NCBI GenBank assembly: GCA_025774245.1
Contig: JALGWI010000012.1
Location: 10,230 to 74,229, forward strand
Reading direction: 5' to 3'
Length of the DNA: 64,000 nucleotides
Source: a bacterium
Lineage (GTDB): Bacteria; Joyebacterota; Joyebacteria; Joyebacterales; Joyebacteraceae
The translations under genes and the position numbers were made by a program. The notes under the pieces are model-generated. The model searched no databases, was not told the DNA's origin, and worked only from the letters and a program-made list of their open reading frames with translations. Numbering within the stretch: the stretch's first letter is position 1; each line of letters starts with the position of its first letter. Positions 36,714 through 45,831 of the stretch are shown one piece after another.

Positions 36714-37685
36714 CTATCCCGCGCCGCCGCCCGCGCCACCGCCCGCTCCGCCCGCGACCTCCTCGAGCTTCCGCACGACCTCCTCCGGAAGCGGAGGCCG
36801 GCCGGAGACGTCGAGGTTCGCGATGAGGTGCTTGAGCTTCGTCGTACCGATGATCGCCGCCGTGATGTTCTGGTTATCCAGGACGAACCGGAGCGCCGCC
36901 GACGTCGCGGTCCATCCTTCGATGTCGTTTAAGAACCTGTACCGGCGCGCGCGGGCGAGCCCGCGGCGCGATGTCTTGAGCGCGCGGAGGATGTACCAGA
37001 CCTGGCTTAGAGACCGGACCCTGTAGAGCGACGGGTCGTAGAGGGCGTGCGCCAGAGGCGACTTCCCGAGGACCGCCATCCCGGCGCCCGCCGCCTCCCG
37101 GATGATGTCGCCGCTCTCGCGGTGGTGGCCGACGTTGTAGGTCACCATGACGGACTGGAAGTGCCCGCTCTCGATCGCGGCACGCGCGACGTCGCCACTC
37201 GACGAGAGGCCGAGGTAGCCGACCGTGCCCTTCTCCCTGAGGGAAGCGAGGAACCCCATTGCACCATCGTCCCTGATGACCTCGAGCGTCGGCGAGTGGA
37301 GCTGCAGGAGGTGCACGCGGTCGGTGCCGAGCCTCTTCAGGCTCTTCTCGAGCGAGGCCCGCATCCCGTCGACGGTCCAGTCCTTCACGATCTTCCCGCG
37401 GTCCGTGAGCGTCGTGCCGACCTTCGTGCTGACGAACATGCCGTCCCACCGGCCGCGCAGGAACTTGCCGAGACGGACCTCGGCGTTCCCCCCGCTGTAG
37501 TTCGGGCCGGTGTCGAGGAGGTTGACCCCGCGATCGAGAGCCGTGTGAAGGAGGGTCTCGGCGGCCCTCTCCGAGAAGACCGGGAAACCCCAGTAGCCCC
37601 CGCAGCCGAAGCCGATCTCGGAGACCTCGTCGTCGAAGCGGCCGAACCGGCGGCGCTCGACCGTGGTGTCGTTCGGGCTACTCAT
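36714..37685 (-). CDS. aldo/keto reductase
   Basis: 323 aa. IGFGCGGYWG, LLDTGPNYSGGNAE, HLLQLHSP. Gly/Ala tail AGGAGGGAGGGAG. The start overlaps the upstream stop by 8 nt. Confidence 0.8.
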   Translation of the reverse strand: MSSPNDTTVERRRFGRFDDEVSEIGFGCGGYWGFPVFSERAAETLLHTALDRGVNLLDTGPNYSGGNAEVRLGKFLRGRWDGMFVSTKVGTTLTDRGKIVKDWTVDGMRASLEKSLKRLGTDRVHLLQLHSPTLEVIRDDGAMGFLASLREKGTVGYLGLSSSGDVARAAIESGHFQSVMVTYNVGHHRESGDIIREAAGAGMAVLGKSPLAHALYDPSLYRVRSLSQVWYILRALKTSRRGLARARRYRFLNDIEGWTATSAALRFVLDNQNITAAIIGTTKLKHLIANLDVSGRPPLPEEVVRKLEEVAGGAGGGAGGGAG

Positions 37686-39054
37686 CTTCCTCCAGCCAGT
37701 CGAGGGGGAACTCCGGTGGAAGCCGCACGAGATCGAAGAGGGTGGCGATGAGCTCGCCGTCCTCGCCGGCCCGGTGCGGGTTTATGAACTCCCACGCCGT
37801 GTCGCCGTCGGGCGCCACCTCGAACGCCCGACCGCCGTCGGACTCGACGATGAGCGTGTTCCCGTTCGGGAGCCGCTGACACGACCCGGCCTTCTTCGAG
37901 TAGAAAGGCCTCTCCTCGCTCCCCACGTACGACCAGAGCGTCTCCTGGGTGATCGGGTCGATCTCGATCACCTCGGAGGCCTCCGGGCCCGCCCAGTTGT
38001 TGAAGACGAGGAGGGTGCCGCCCGGCAGGAGCGCCGGCTCGTGCTGCATCCTCCAGCGCCCGGTGAGCGCCCAGACGACCGCTTCCTCATCGAGGTCGAT
38101 CACGGCGATCGCATCGAGCGTGCGGAACGACGTGAGGACGTTCCCCTTCCGGAACGCGGGCGCCAGGTCCAACAGCTCGCCCCCGAGCAGCTGGACCGTG
38201 TTGCCGTGGATGATGTCGCCGGAACCGGGGCCCCGCTCGAGGAGCGGCGCGTAGGGTGAGCGTTCGATCGCCTCGAGGAGCGAGATCTTCTTCCTGACGG
38301 TACCGTCGGGCGCGAGGACGACGAGGAAGTTCTCGGAGACCGGCTCGCGCTCGTCGATCCTCGGGACGAGCCTGTTCTCGTTGGTGAGGACGTAGACCGT
38401 TCCGTCGTCGGTCACGAAGAGGTCGTTGAAGCAGTCGCCCGGGTAGGCCCAGAGGAGTCTCGAGTCCCGGTCGAGCTTGACGAGCCCGCGCCACTGGAAG
38501 ATCGCGTAGAGGTCGCCGTTCGGATCGAGGTGCGCCCTCCGCCAGAACTGCGTGTTCGGGTCGTCGTCCCCGATCTCCTCGTCCGGCCAGGCGTCGCGGT
38601 AGTCGAGGCTCCACGAGTGGAGCACGACGCCGTCCATGTCGATGAGGGCGGCCTCCGGCGCGTGGCCGGACACGAAGAGGTTCAGGCCGGCGGAAGCAAC
38701 ATCGGGATCGTGCGCCGTCACGCCTGCGAAAGGACCCGCGAGCCGCGAGCCGGTGAGGTACCCGAGGGTGAGGAGCCGGTCGAGCTCCTCCCTCTGCTCG
38801 TCGGTGAGCCCGTCCTCGTCGCCCTCGAACCTCAAGGGCTGCCAGCGCGTCCCGGCGGTCGCGCCGCCGGACCCGCGGACGAGCCTCACGGCCGAACCGC
38901 GGATCGACTGGACGAGGTCGTGCGGGAAGCCATGAGTCGCCGCCGACCACGCGCCCCAGGCGAAGCCCGCCACGAGGAGGACGGCGGCCAGGATCACGTG
39001 TCCGAGCCTCCGCCTTCCTGTCCGCCCCCGTCTCGATCGTCGGCGCGCCATCAC
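37678..39054 (-). CDS. membrane-anchored arylsulfotransferase (ASST)-like beta-propeller protein
   Basis: 458 aa. Arg-rich N-terminus plus one TM segment. Propeller-like repeats (GDLYAIFQWRGLVKLD, DGTVYVLTNEN, HGNTVQLL, NGNTLIVESDGG). GTG at 39054 or ATG at 39051. Confidence 0.55.
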   Translation of the reverse strand: MMARRRSRRGRTGRRRLGHVILAAVLLVAGFAWGAWSAATHGFPHDLVQSIRGSAVRLVRGSGGATAGTRWQPLRFEGDEDGLTDEQREELDRLLTLGYLTGSRLAGPFAGVTAHDPDVASAGLNLFVSGHAPEAALIDMDGVVLHSWSLDYRDAWPDEEIGDDDPNTQFWRRAHLDPNGDLYAIFQWRGLVKLDRDSRLLWAYPGDCFNDLFVTDDGTVYVLTNENRLVPRIDEREPVSENFLVVLAPDGTVRKKISLLEAIERSPYAPLLERGPGSGDIIHGNTVQLLGGELLDLAPAFRKGNVLTSFRTLDAIAVIDLDEEAVVWALTGRWRMQHEPALLPGGTLLVFNNWAGPEASEVIEIDPITQETLWSYVGSEERPFYSKKAGSCQRLPNGNTLIVESDGGRAFEVAPDGDTAWEFINPHRAGEDGELIATLFDLVRLPPEFPLDWLEEDE

Positions 39055-39129
39055 ACTCCCAGCGGTCCCGGGCGTCGGGGCCCGGACCGACCGGCAGCGC
39101 TCGGTCCCCCCCGTCCCGCGACCCTCTTC

Positions 39130-39993
39130 CTACCAGATCGAGAACCGGACGAAGCTCTTCGGGTTCTCGCGGATCGCTGCTACGAGGTCCCTGACCTCCT
39201 TGACAACCTGGACGAACTCATCGTAGGCGTCTTCGTCGTTGACGAGCTTGCCGAGCGACCCCTCGCCCTTCTCGACGCGCGTGACGATCGAATCGAGCGA
39301 CGCTGAGATCGTCTTGAGTTCGGCGGTGATCTCCGCGAAGTCGGCCGACGCTTCCCCGACCGACTCGAGCGTGCTCGAGACGCCGCCCTTCTCCGCCTCG
39401 ATGAAGGTCCGGATCTCCGACGCCACCACCCTGATGTCGGCGACGGCGACCTTGAGGTCGAGCGTGGCGTCGCGCGCGTTCCCGAGGGTCTCCATCACGC
39501 GCTGCCGCCCGTCGATGTCGGTGAGGACCGTGTCGGCCGTGTGGAGGACCGACCGGATCTCCGTCAGCGCCTCTCCCATCTCGCTCACCACGTCACCCAG
39601 CGCCTTCTCGTAGTAACCGGTCACACGCGAGCCGGGCTCGAGGTGCTCGGCAGCCTTCCCGGGTCTGACGGCGACGATCTTGGCGCCGATCAGGCCGTAG
39701 CTCGCGACGCTGATGCGCGAGTCGACCGGGATCCTGATGTCGTTGTCGACCTCGATGTCGACGACGACGACGCTCCCCTCGAGATCGAGCGTCACCACCT
39801 CCCCCGCGGCCAGGCCCGCCACCGTGACCTTGTCGCCCGGGACGAGCCCGGCGACCTCCGGGAAGACGACGGAGAGATGGTACCGCGCGTCCCCGAACTG
39901 GAACTCACCCAACCAGAGAATGCCGATGACGAGCACGGCGCCGGCGATGGCGAGCGTGATCCCGACCCTCAGTTCGTTCCCATGTTCCGTCAT
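39130..39993 (-). CDS. mlaD: MlaD/MCE-domain protein (outer-membrane lipid asymmetry ABC system substrate-binding subunit)
   Basis: ATG at 39993 is preceded by GAGGAG. N-terminal TM segment (LRVGITLAIAGAVLVIGILWLG). MCE domain (VVFPEVAGLVPGDKVTVAGLAAGEV). Long helical C-terminus. Confidence 0.8.
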   Translation of the reverse strand: MTEHGNELRVGITLAIAGAVLVIGILWLGEFQFGDARYHLSVVFPEVAGLVPGDKVTVAGLAAGEVVTLDLEGSVVVVDIEVDNDIRIPVDSRISVASYGLIGAKIVAVRPGKAAEHLEPGSRVTGYYEKALGDVVSEMGEALTEIRSVLHTADTVLTDIDGRQRVMETLGNARDATLDLKVAVADIRVVASEIRTFIEAEKGGVSSTLESVGEASADFAEITAELKTISASLDSIVTRVEKGEGSLGKLVNDEDAYDEFVQVVKEVRDLVAAIRENPKSFVRFSIW

Positions 39994-40057
39994 CGTGTTC
40001 TCCTCGTTCGGCGTTTCGGGTCCTTCGCGACGGCCGCGCCCCGCGACGGCCGCACCT

Positions 40058-40855
40058 CTAGAACGGCTCGTCCAGATCGCACTCGCCCCTCTTGCGCGAC
40101 TCTCCGGGAAGGGGTATGTGCCCGCGCGCGACGAAGTTCTGCACGGCCTCGTTCTCGGTCGTCCTGAGCTCGTCGGTCGTGCCCTCGAACGCGATCTTCC
40201 CGTCGTCCATGAGCGCAACCCTGTCGCCCGTGAAGCACGCGCTGTGGAGATCGTGCGTCACGACGATCGACGTCGCGTTGAGCTTGTGCTGCGTGTCGCG
40301 GATGAGCCAGTTGATCTGCTCGGCCATCACGGGATCGAGGCCGGTCGTCGGCTCGTCGTAGAGGATGACGTCGGGGTCGAGGGCGATCGCCCTGGCGAGC
40401 GCGACCCGCTTCTTCATTCCGCCGGAGATCTCCGACGGCCAGAGGTGGTGCGTGCCGGAGAGCCCGACCATCTCGAGCTTCTCGTCGACGAGCCGGTCGA
40501 GTTCGGCGCCCTTGAGGAGCCTGTGCTCCCTGAGCGGGAGGCCGACGTTCTGCCCGACCGTCATGGAGTCGAAGAGGGCGGCGCCCTGGAAGACCATCCC
40601 GAAGTTCATTCTGAGCTTGTTGAGCTCGGCCTGGGAGATCCGAGTAACGTCTTTTCCTTCCACGACGATCGAGCCGCGGTCGGGACGCATGAGCCCGATG
40701 ATGTGCTTGAGGAGAACGCTCTTCCCGCAGCCGGACGGCCCGAGCACGACGAGCGTCTCCGCGTTGCGGACGGAGAGGGTGACGCCCCGGAGCACCTGAT
40801 GGTCCCCGAACGACTTCCAGACATCCTCGATCCTGATGACCGCCCGAGACTCCAC
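40058..40855 (-). CDS. mlaF: ABC transporter ATP-binding protein (MlaF-like)
   Basis: GPSGCGKSVLLK (Walker A), ISGGMKKRVALARA (signature), ILYDEPTTGLD (Walker B), HDL (H-loop). GTG start with GGAGGAG upstream. Confidence 0.9.
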   Translation of the reverse strand: MESRAVIRIEDVWKSFGDHQVLRGVTLSVRNAETLVVLGPSGCGKSVLLKHIIGLMRPDRGSIVVEGKDVTRISQAELNKLRMNFGMVFQGAALFDSMTVGQNVGLPLREHRLLKGAELDRLVDEKLEMVGLSGTHHLWPSEISGGMKKRVALARAIALDPDVILYDEPTTGLDPVMAEQINWLIRDTQHKLNATSIVVTHDLHSACFTGDRVALMDDGKIAFEGTTDELRTTENEAVQNFVARGHIPLPGESRKRGECDLDEPF

Positions 40856-40934
40856 CCTTCTCCTCCGCCGGGGACGCGCCCCGGCCTCGATGCATCCGGC
40901 CCGCAGGCCTTCTCGCCGGCCCGCGGATTCAGGC

Positions 40935-42074
40935 TCAGCCCGTCGGCGTCGCCACCTGTGTCGCGAGCCACCTCAGGACCATCCGCCAGCGCTCCCGCCA
41001 CGCGATCCGCCGGGCGCCGTCGAAGACGCTGACGTCGCCCGCGTGGACCTCGAGACCCACGGCTCCCCACCACTCGTGCAGGCTCACGCGTTCGGCGCCG
41101 CCCGGCGCGAGGGAGTATGGCCCGTGAAGCGCCGCCGGGTCCACAGAGATCGCATCGAGCGCGTACGTGAGGTCCCTCGGCAGGCCGACGGTTCGCTCGC
41201 CCCTGTCGACCGCGTCCTCGAAGATCTGGATCACGCGGAGCCTGTCGAGGATCTCCCCCGCGGGGACGAACGCGATCGCCGCGTCGTTCCCGCAGCGGAC
41301 GAGCGCTTCGCGGACGTCCTTCCTGAGCGGGCGTGCGCCGTCGGGGCGTTCCTCGACGAAGGCGGCCCCGAAGTGCGTGTAGACGATCGAGACTCCCCTC
41401 TCCTCCTTGAGGCTCTCGACGTTCGCCTCGGAGAAGAGGCGCGCGAACTGCTCACCGATCCGGCCGTTGCTGCTGGCGAACCAGAGCGGGGCCATGGGTG
41501 TGCTCGGGTCCTCGTAGGGCATCGAGGGATTGAGGGCGAGCGTGTTGATGTCGTTCGTCGTGTAGGCCCGAACGTAGCAGACGAGGCTCCTCGCGATGTC
41601 GACCCAGTAGTACGGGCTCCCCTCGGTCGCGCCCTCGAAGCTCCCCCGGTGCGTGACGCCGTGGAGGAACCTGAGGACCGGGCCCGGCAGGCGGTCGCTT
41701 CCCCAGTAGAAGGCTTCCTGGTTGTAGGAGTGGAAGATCTCGATCTTCGGACGCTCGCCGGTCATCTCCTCCAGAACCGCATATGCTTCGAGCTCGAGCG
41801 AGAGGCCGACGCTCGCCGGATCGGCGTCGGGAGCGTCGAACGCCCAGACGGTCTTCGTCAGGCGAAGTCCGAGGCTGTCGACCAGCGCGTAGACGGGGTC
41901 GACGGTCGCGAACTGGAAGTGGTCGGTGTCGTCGGTGACCGATATGGCGCACTGCCGGTCCGCGGGGAACGGGTAGAACGCGGAGCGCCTCGCAGGGACG
42001 TGCATCAGGAACGCCGTCCAGAGGACGAGCGCGACGACGACGATGAGAGCGACGACCACAATCCTGCGACGCAT
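40935..42074 (-). CDS. hypothetical membrane-anchored protein
   Basis: 379 aa. N-terminal TM segment (RIVVVALIVVVALVLWTAFLM) followed by a soluble domain of normal composition. I recognise no family. It sits between mlaE and mlaF. Confidence 0.6.
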   Translation of the reverse strand: MRRRIVVVALIVVVALVLWTAFLMHVPARRSAFYPFPADRQCAISVTDDTDHFQFATVDPVYALVDSLGLRLTKTVWAFDAPDADPASVGLSLELEAYAVLEEMTGERPKIEIFHSYNQEAFYWGSDRLPGPVLRFLHGVTHRGSFEGATEGSPYYWVDIARSLVCYVRAYTTNDINTLALNPSMPYEDPSTPMAPLWFASSNGRIGEQFARLFSEANVESLKEERGVSIVYTHFGAAFVEERPDGARPLRKDVREALVRCGNDAAIAFVPAGEILDRLRVIQIFEDAVDRGERTVGLPRDLTYALDAISVDPAALHGPYSLAPGGAERVSLHEWWGAVGLEVHAGDVSVFDGARRIAWRERWRMVLRWLATQVATPTG

Positions 42075-42160
42075 CGGTCAGAACCTCGTTCCCGCGATTC
42101 CAGAGGAGCCCCGGCAGGGGCTCGTCACGCCGCGATTCCGCGGCGATCGGCCGGTCGCTC

Positions 42161-42994
42161 CTACTCCCCGAAGATCACCTTGAAGAGCAGGGTCGCCAGC
42201 ACGTAGTCGCTGACCAGGATCAGCACGCAGCTCGCCACGACCGCGCGTGTCGCCGCCCGGCCGACGCCGACGGCGCCGCCGACCGTGCGCAGTCCGGCCG
42301 TACAACCCATGAGCGCGATGATCCCACCGAAGACGAACGCTTTGAACAGACCGCCCAAGACGTCGTGCGCGAAGAAGAAGAGCTTCATGCCCGCGATGAA
42401 CGTCTTGGGCGAGACGTCGAGCGAGAGGTTCGCGACGACGAACCCGCCGCCGATCGCGAGCACGTCCGCGAAGACCGTGAGGATCGGGAGCATGATGAGC
42501 CCGGCCAGCATCCGCGGCATGACGAGGTAGCGCACGGGCTCGATCGCCATGGCGTCCATGGCGTCGATCTGTTCCGTCACCCTCATGGTGCCGAGCTCGG
42601 CGGCGATCGAAGCGCTGACCCTTCCCCCGACGACGAGCGCCGTGAGGACGGGGCCGAGCTCGATCACGACCGATTTGTAGATCGCGGTCCCGAGATAGAT
42701 CTTCGGCACGAACTCCTTCAGCTGGTAGGCCGCCTGGACGGCGGTCACGGCGCCGGTGAAGATCGAGGTGATCATGACGAGCGGGAGCGACTCGACGCCG
42801 ATCCGCCGCATCTGCTCGATCAGGAGCGGCATCGATCGGGGGAGCTTGCGCATGGCCAGGAGGATGCGCCAGAGGAGCAGGCCGGCCGCGCCGATCTCCG
42901 TAATGAGGTCGAGCGCGCCGCGGCCGACGGTGCTGAAGGAGCCCCCAAGGAGACCTCGGGGTTTGGCGTGGGCGATCGCGCTAGAGTTCCTCAA
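42161..42994 (-). CDS. mlaE: ABC transporter permease (MlaE-like)
   Basis: 277 aa. IEQMRRIGVESLPLVMITSIFTGAVTAVQAAYQL and EQIDAMDAMAIEP blocks are typical of MlaE. TTG start overlaps the dnaB stop by 14 nt, so the start is uncertain. Confidence 0.85.
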   Translation of the reverse strand: MRNSSAIAHAKPRGLLGGSFSTVGRGALDLITEIGAAGLLLWRILLAMRKLPRSMPLLIEQMRRIGVESLPLVMITSIFTGAVTAVQAAYQLKEFVPKIYLGTAIYKSVVIELGPVLTALVVGGRVSASIAAELGTMRVTEQIDAMDAMAIEPVRYLVMPRMLAGLIMLPILTVFADVLAIGGGFVVANLSLDVSPKTFIAGMKLFFFAHDVLGGLFKAFVFGGIIALMGCTAGLRTVGGAVGVGRAATRAVVASCVLILVSDYVLATLLFKVIFGE

Positions 42995-44372
42995 AGCTCT
43001 CCTCGGGCCTCGCGGAAAGGGTCTCGAACCGCGTGCACTCCGACAGGAAAGCGAGCCTCACCGTTCCGGTCGGACCGTTCCGCTGCTTGCCGACGATGAC
43101 CTCGGCGACGCCCATGTTCTCGGGCGTGCGCTCGTACTGCTCGGCGCGATAGATGAACGCGACCACGTCGGCGTCCTGCTCGATCGCGCCCGACTCCCTG
43201 AGGTCGGAGAGGATCGGCCGCTTGTCGCCGCCTCGCGACTCGACCGCGCGCGAGAGCTGAGAGAGCGCCAGGACCGGCACCTCGAGCTCCTTCGCCAGAG
43301 CCTTCAAGGACCGGGAGATCTCCGAGATCTCCTGCTGCCGGTTCTCCTGCCGCCCGTAGCCGCGCATCAGCTGGAGGTAGTCGATGATCACGAGTCCGAC
43401 ATCGACCTCGGACTTCAGCCGCCGCGCCTTCGAGCGCATCTCGAGCACCGTCATCGAGGGCGAGTCGTCGATGTAGATCGGCGACTCGGAGAGGAGTCCG
43501 GCCGCCGTCGTCAGGCTCGACCAGTGCCGGTCGGCCAGGTAACCCGTTCGGAGCTTGTGCGCGTCGACCCTCGCCTCCGAGCAGAGCATCCGCTGCACGA
43601 GCTGCTCCTTCCCCATCTCGAGGCTGAAGACCGCCGTCGGGACGCCCGCCTTGATCGCGGCGTGGGACGCGACGTTCAGCGCGAAGGCCGTCTTCCCCAT
43701 CGACGGCCTTCCGGCGATGACGATGAGATCGGCCTTCTGGAAGCCGGACGTCAGGGAATCGAGCTCGGCGAACCCCGAGGGGACGCCGGTGATGTGCTGC
43801 TTCTTGTCGTAGAGCTCCTGGATGACCTCGAAGCTGTGCTTGAGGATCTCACGCATCGGAACGAAGTCGCGCCGAATGCGGGACTGCGCGATCTCGAAGA
43901 TCATGTGCTCGGCGCGGTCGAGGATCGTGCTCGCCTCGCCGCTCGCGTCGAAGGCCTCCTGCACGACCTCGGTCGCCGTGTTGATCAGCTGGCGGAGCAC
44001 GGCCTTCTCGAGGACGATCTTCGCGTGGTACCGGACGTTCGCCGTCGTCGCGACGCTGCCGAGAACCGACGACAGATACGCGGCCCCGCCGACGTCGTCA
44101 AGCTGCTTCCTCTTCTTGAGCTCCTGCGTCAGCGTCACGAGGTCGACCGCCTCGTCCTTCGCGAAGAGGTCGAGCATGGCCGCGAAGATCTTGCGGTGGG
44201 CTCCCCGGTAGAACGCCTGCTCGTCGAGGATCTCGGTCACGGCACCCATGGCCGTCGAGTCGAGGAGCATCGCTCCCAGGACAGCCACCTCGGCATCGGG
44301 GGCCTGGGGCGGGACACGGTCGGGGGCTGACGTCGGGGACGTGCGTGTTGCTGTCTTCTCCATCGTTGCCAT
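42981..44372 (-). CDS. dnaB: replicative DNA helicase
   Basis: PPQAPDAEVAVLGAMLLD, GRPSMGKTAFALN (Walker A), VIIDYLQLM, SQLSRAVESR, DLRESGAIEQDADVV. Confidence 0.95.
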   Translation of the reverse strand: MATMEKTATRTSPTSAPDRVPPQAPDAEVAVLGAMLLDSTAMGAVTEILDEQAFYRGAHRKIFAAMLDLFAKDEAVDLVTLTQELKKRKQLDDVGGAAYLSSVLGSVATTANVRYHAKIVLEKAVLRQLINTATEVVQEAFDASGEASTILDRAEHMIFEIAQSRIRRDFVPMREILKHSFEVIQELYDKKQHITGVPSGFAELDSLTSGFQKADLIVIAGRPSMGKTAFALNVASHAAIKAGVPTAVFSLEMGKEQLVQRMLCSEARVDAHKLRTGYLADRHWSSLTTAAGLLSESPIYIDDSPSMTVLEMRSKARRLKSEVDVGLVIIDYLQLMRGYGRQENRQQEISEISRSLKALAKELEVPVLALSQLSRAVESRGGDKRPILSDLRESGAIEQDADVVAFIYRAEQYERTPENMGVAEVIVGKQRNGPTGTVRLAFLSECTRFETLSARPEESFEEL

Positions 44373-44416
44373 CGTTCCCTTCCCCCTTCACACGGAACCC
44401 TGAGCGGCGCGCAGGT

Positions 44417-44839
44417 TCAGCCGATCGTCGCGAGATCGTCCATGAGCATCTTCTTCGAATCGGCGTCGTCGACCGACTCCGCCGCCTTCTTCGCCTGCGC
44501 TAGATACGCGTCCTTCTTCTCGCCGTCTCCCTCGAGCGACGCGGCGCGAGCGAGCGCCTCGCAGGCGTAGCCCAGGAAGAACGGTCCGACGCCCTCCTCG
44601 CGGCTCGCCTCGAGGCACAGCCTGCCGTAGTGCCGCGCCGGGTCGGTGAGCCCGAGCGTCGCGTAGACGCACGAGACCTGCCAGTAGCCGACCGACATCT
44701 GCATCGCGGTGCGGATCATGTCCTGATCTTCCCCGGGCGTGCGGTCCGCCTTGTCGAGAAGATCCCACGTCCGGTTGAAACAGGCGGCCGAGAAGTGCTT
44801 GTGCGCTGACTCGACGTCGAATCCGGGGCCCTCTGCCAT
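44417..44839 (-). CDS. conserved hypothetical protein
   Basis: 140 aa, helical, normal composition (HFSAACFNRTWDLLDK...). ATG start. Confidence 0.55.
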   Translation of the reverse strand: MAEGPGFDVESAHKHFSAACFNRTWDLLDKADRTPGEDQDMIRTAMQMSVGYWQVSCVYATLGLTDPARHYGRLCLEASREEGVGPFFLGYACEALARAASLEGDGEKKDAYLAQAKKAAESVDDADSKKMLMDDLATIG

Positions 44840-44904
44840 CGTTCCCTCTCGTCTGCCGGCTCCCCGCGGGCATGCCTGCGTCCGCCAGCCGCCTTCGATC
44901 GAGC

Positions 44905-45831
44905 CTACCCGCGTTCGTACTCCCTCTTGATGAGCAGGATGTCCTCCCAGATCGGCCGCTTGTACTTGGGGTCGCGAAGGGCCGCGGCCGGATGGTACGT
45001 CGGGATCACCCTGAGGTCCTCCGAGCGATAGATCTTACCACGTAAACCGCCCATCGAGCCACGGATCCCTAGCAGGGTCTGCGTGGCGGGGAGTCCGAGG
45101 GTGCAGATGATCGTGGGCTTGATGAACTCGACCTGCTTCGCGAGGTACGGGATGCAGGCCTCGATCTCGTTCGTGAGGGGCGTGCGGTTGTTCGGCGGCC
45201 TGCACTTGATGATGTTCCCGATGTAGACGTCGTCGCGATCGATCCCGGCCGCGGCCAGGATCTTGTCGAGAAGCTGGCCGGCCCGACCGACGAACGGGAT
45301 GCCCTGGATGTCCTCGTCGCGCCCGGGGGCCTCCCCGACGAACATGAGCCGCGCCGTCTCGTTGCCGACCCCGAAGACGACCTTCGTCCGCCCCCGGGAG
45401 AGCTCGCACTTCTCGCAGGTCGACGAGGTCCTTTCGACGTCGGCCATCGTCGAGCACCCGTCGAGCAGCGAGGGCTCCGCGAACATGTCGGGAGAGGCGG
45501 CCTTCGTCGAGAACGCGAGCGTGACGTCGACGACCTCGGGCTCGGGGATCTCTTCGGATGCGGCCGCCGTGGCGGCAGAAGAGGCGGCCGAAGAGGCGGC
45601 GCCTCTCGGCGACGCGGCCGCGCCGCTCGGCTTCGCCGCCGGCGTGTCCTTCCGGGGGGCGGCCGTCCGGACCTCGGGGGCGCGGTGCTGTGCTGGAGCC
45701 ACGTCGCGAAGCCCCTCGCGGAGCGCCCTCGCCGCGTCCTCGGAGAGGTAGAGTTCCCGCTCGCCACGCTCGGCGAGCTGCCCGAAGTACCGCAGGAGGA
45801 GCCTGCGCGCCCGGTCCCTTGGATCACCCAT
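44905..45831 (-). CDS. uracil-DNA glycosylase, family 4, with Ala/Pro-rich N-terminal extension
   Basis: [59 protein letters not shown]. The ATG at 45831 gives an 8-nt overlap with the coaBC stop. The track start at 45852 is TTG. Confidence 0.85.
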   Translation of the reverse strand: MGDPRDRARRLLLRYFGQLAERGERELYLSEDAARALREGLRDVAPAQHRAPEVRTAAPRKDTPAAKPSGAAASPRGAASSAASSAATAAASEEIPEPEVVDVTLAFSTKAASPDMFAEPSLLDGCSTMADVERTSSTCEKCELSRGRTKVVFGVGNETARLMFVGEAPGRDEDIQGIPFVGRAGQLLDKILAAAGIDRDDVYIGNIIKCRPPNNRTPLTNEIEACIPYLAKQVEFIKPTIICTLGLPATQTLLGIRGSMGGLRGKIYRSEDLRVIPTYHPAAALRDPKYKRPIWEDILLIKREYERG

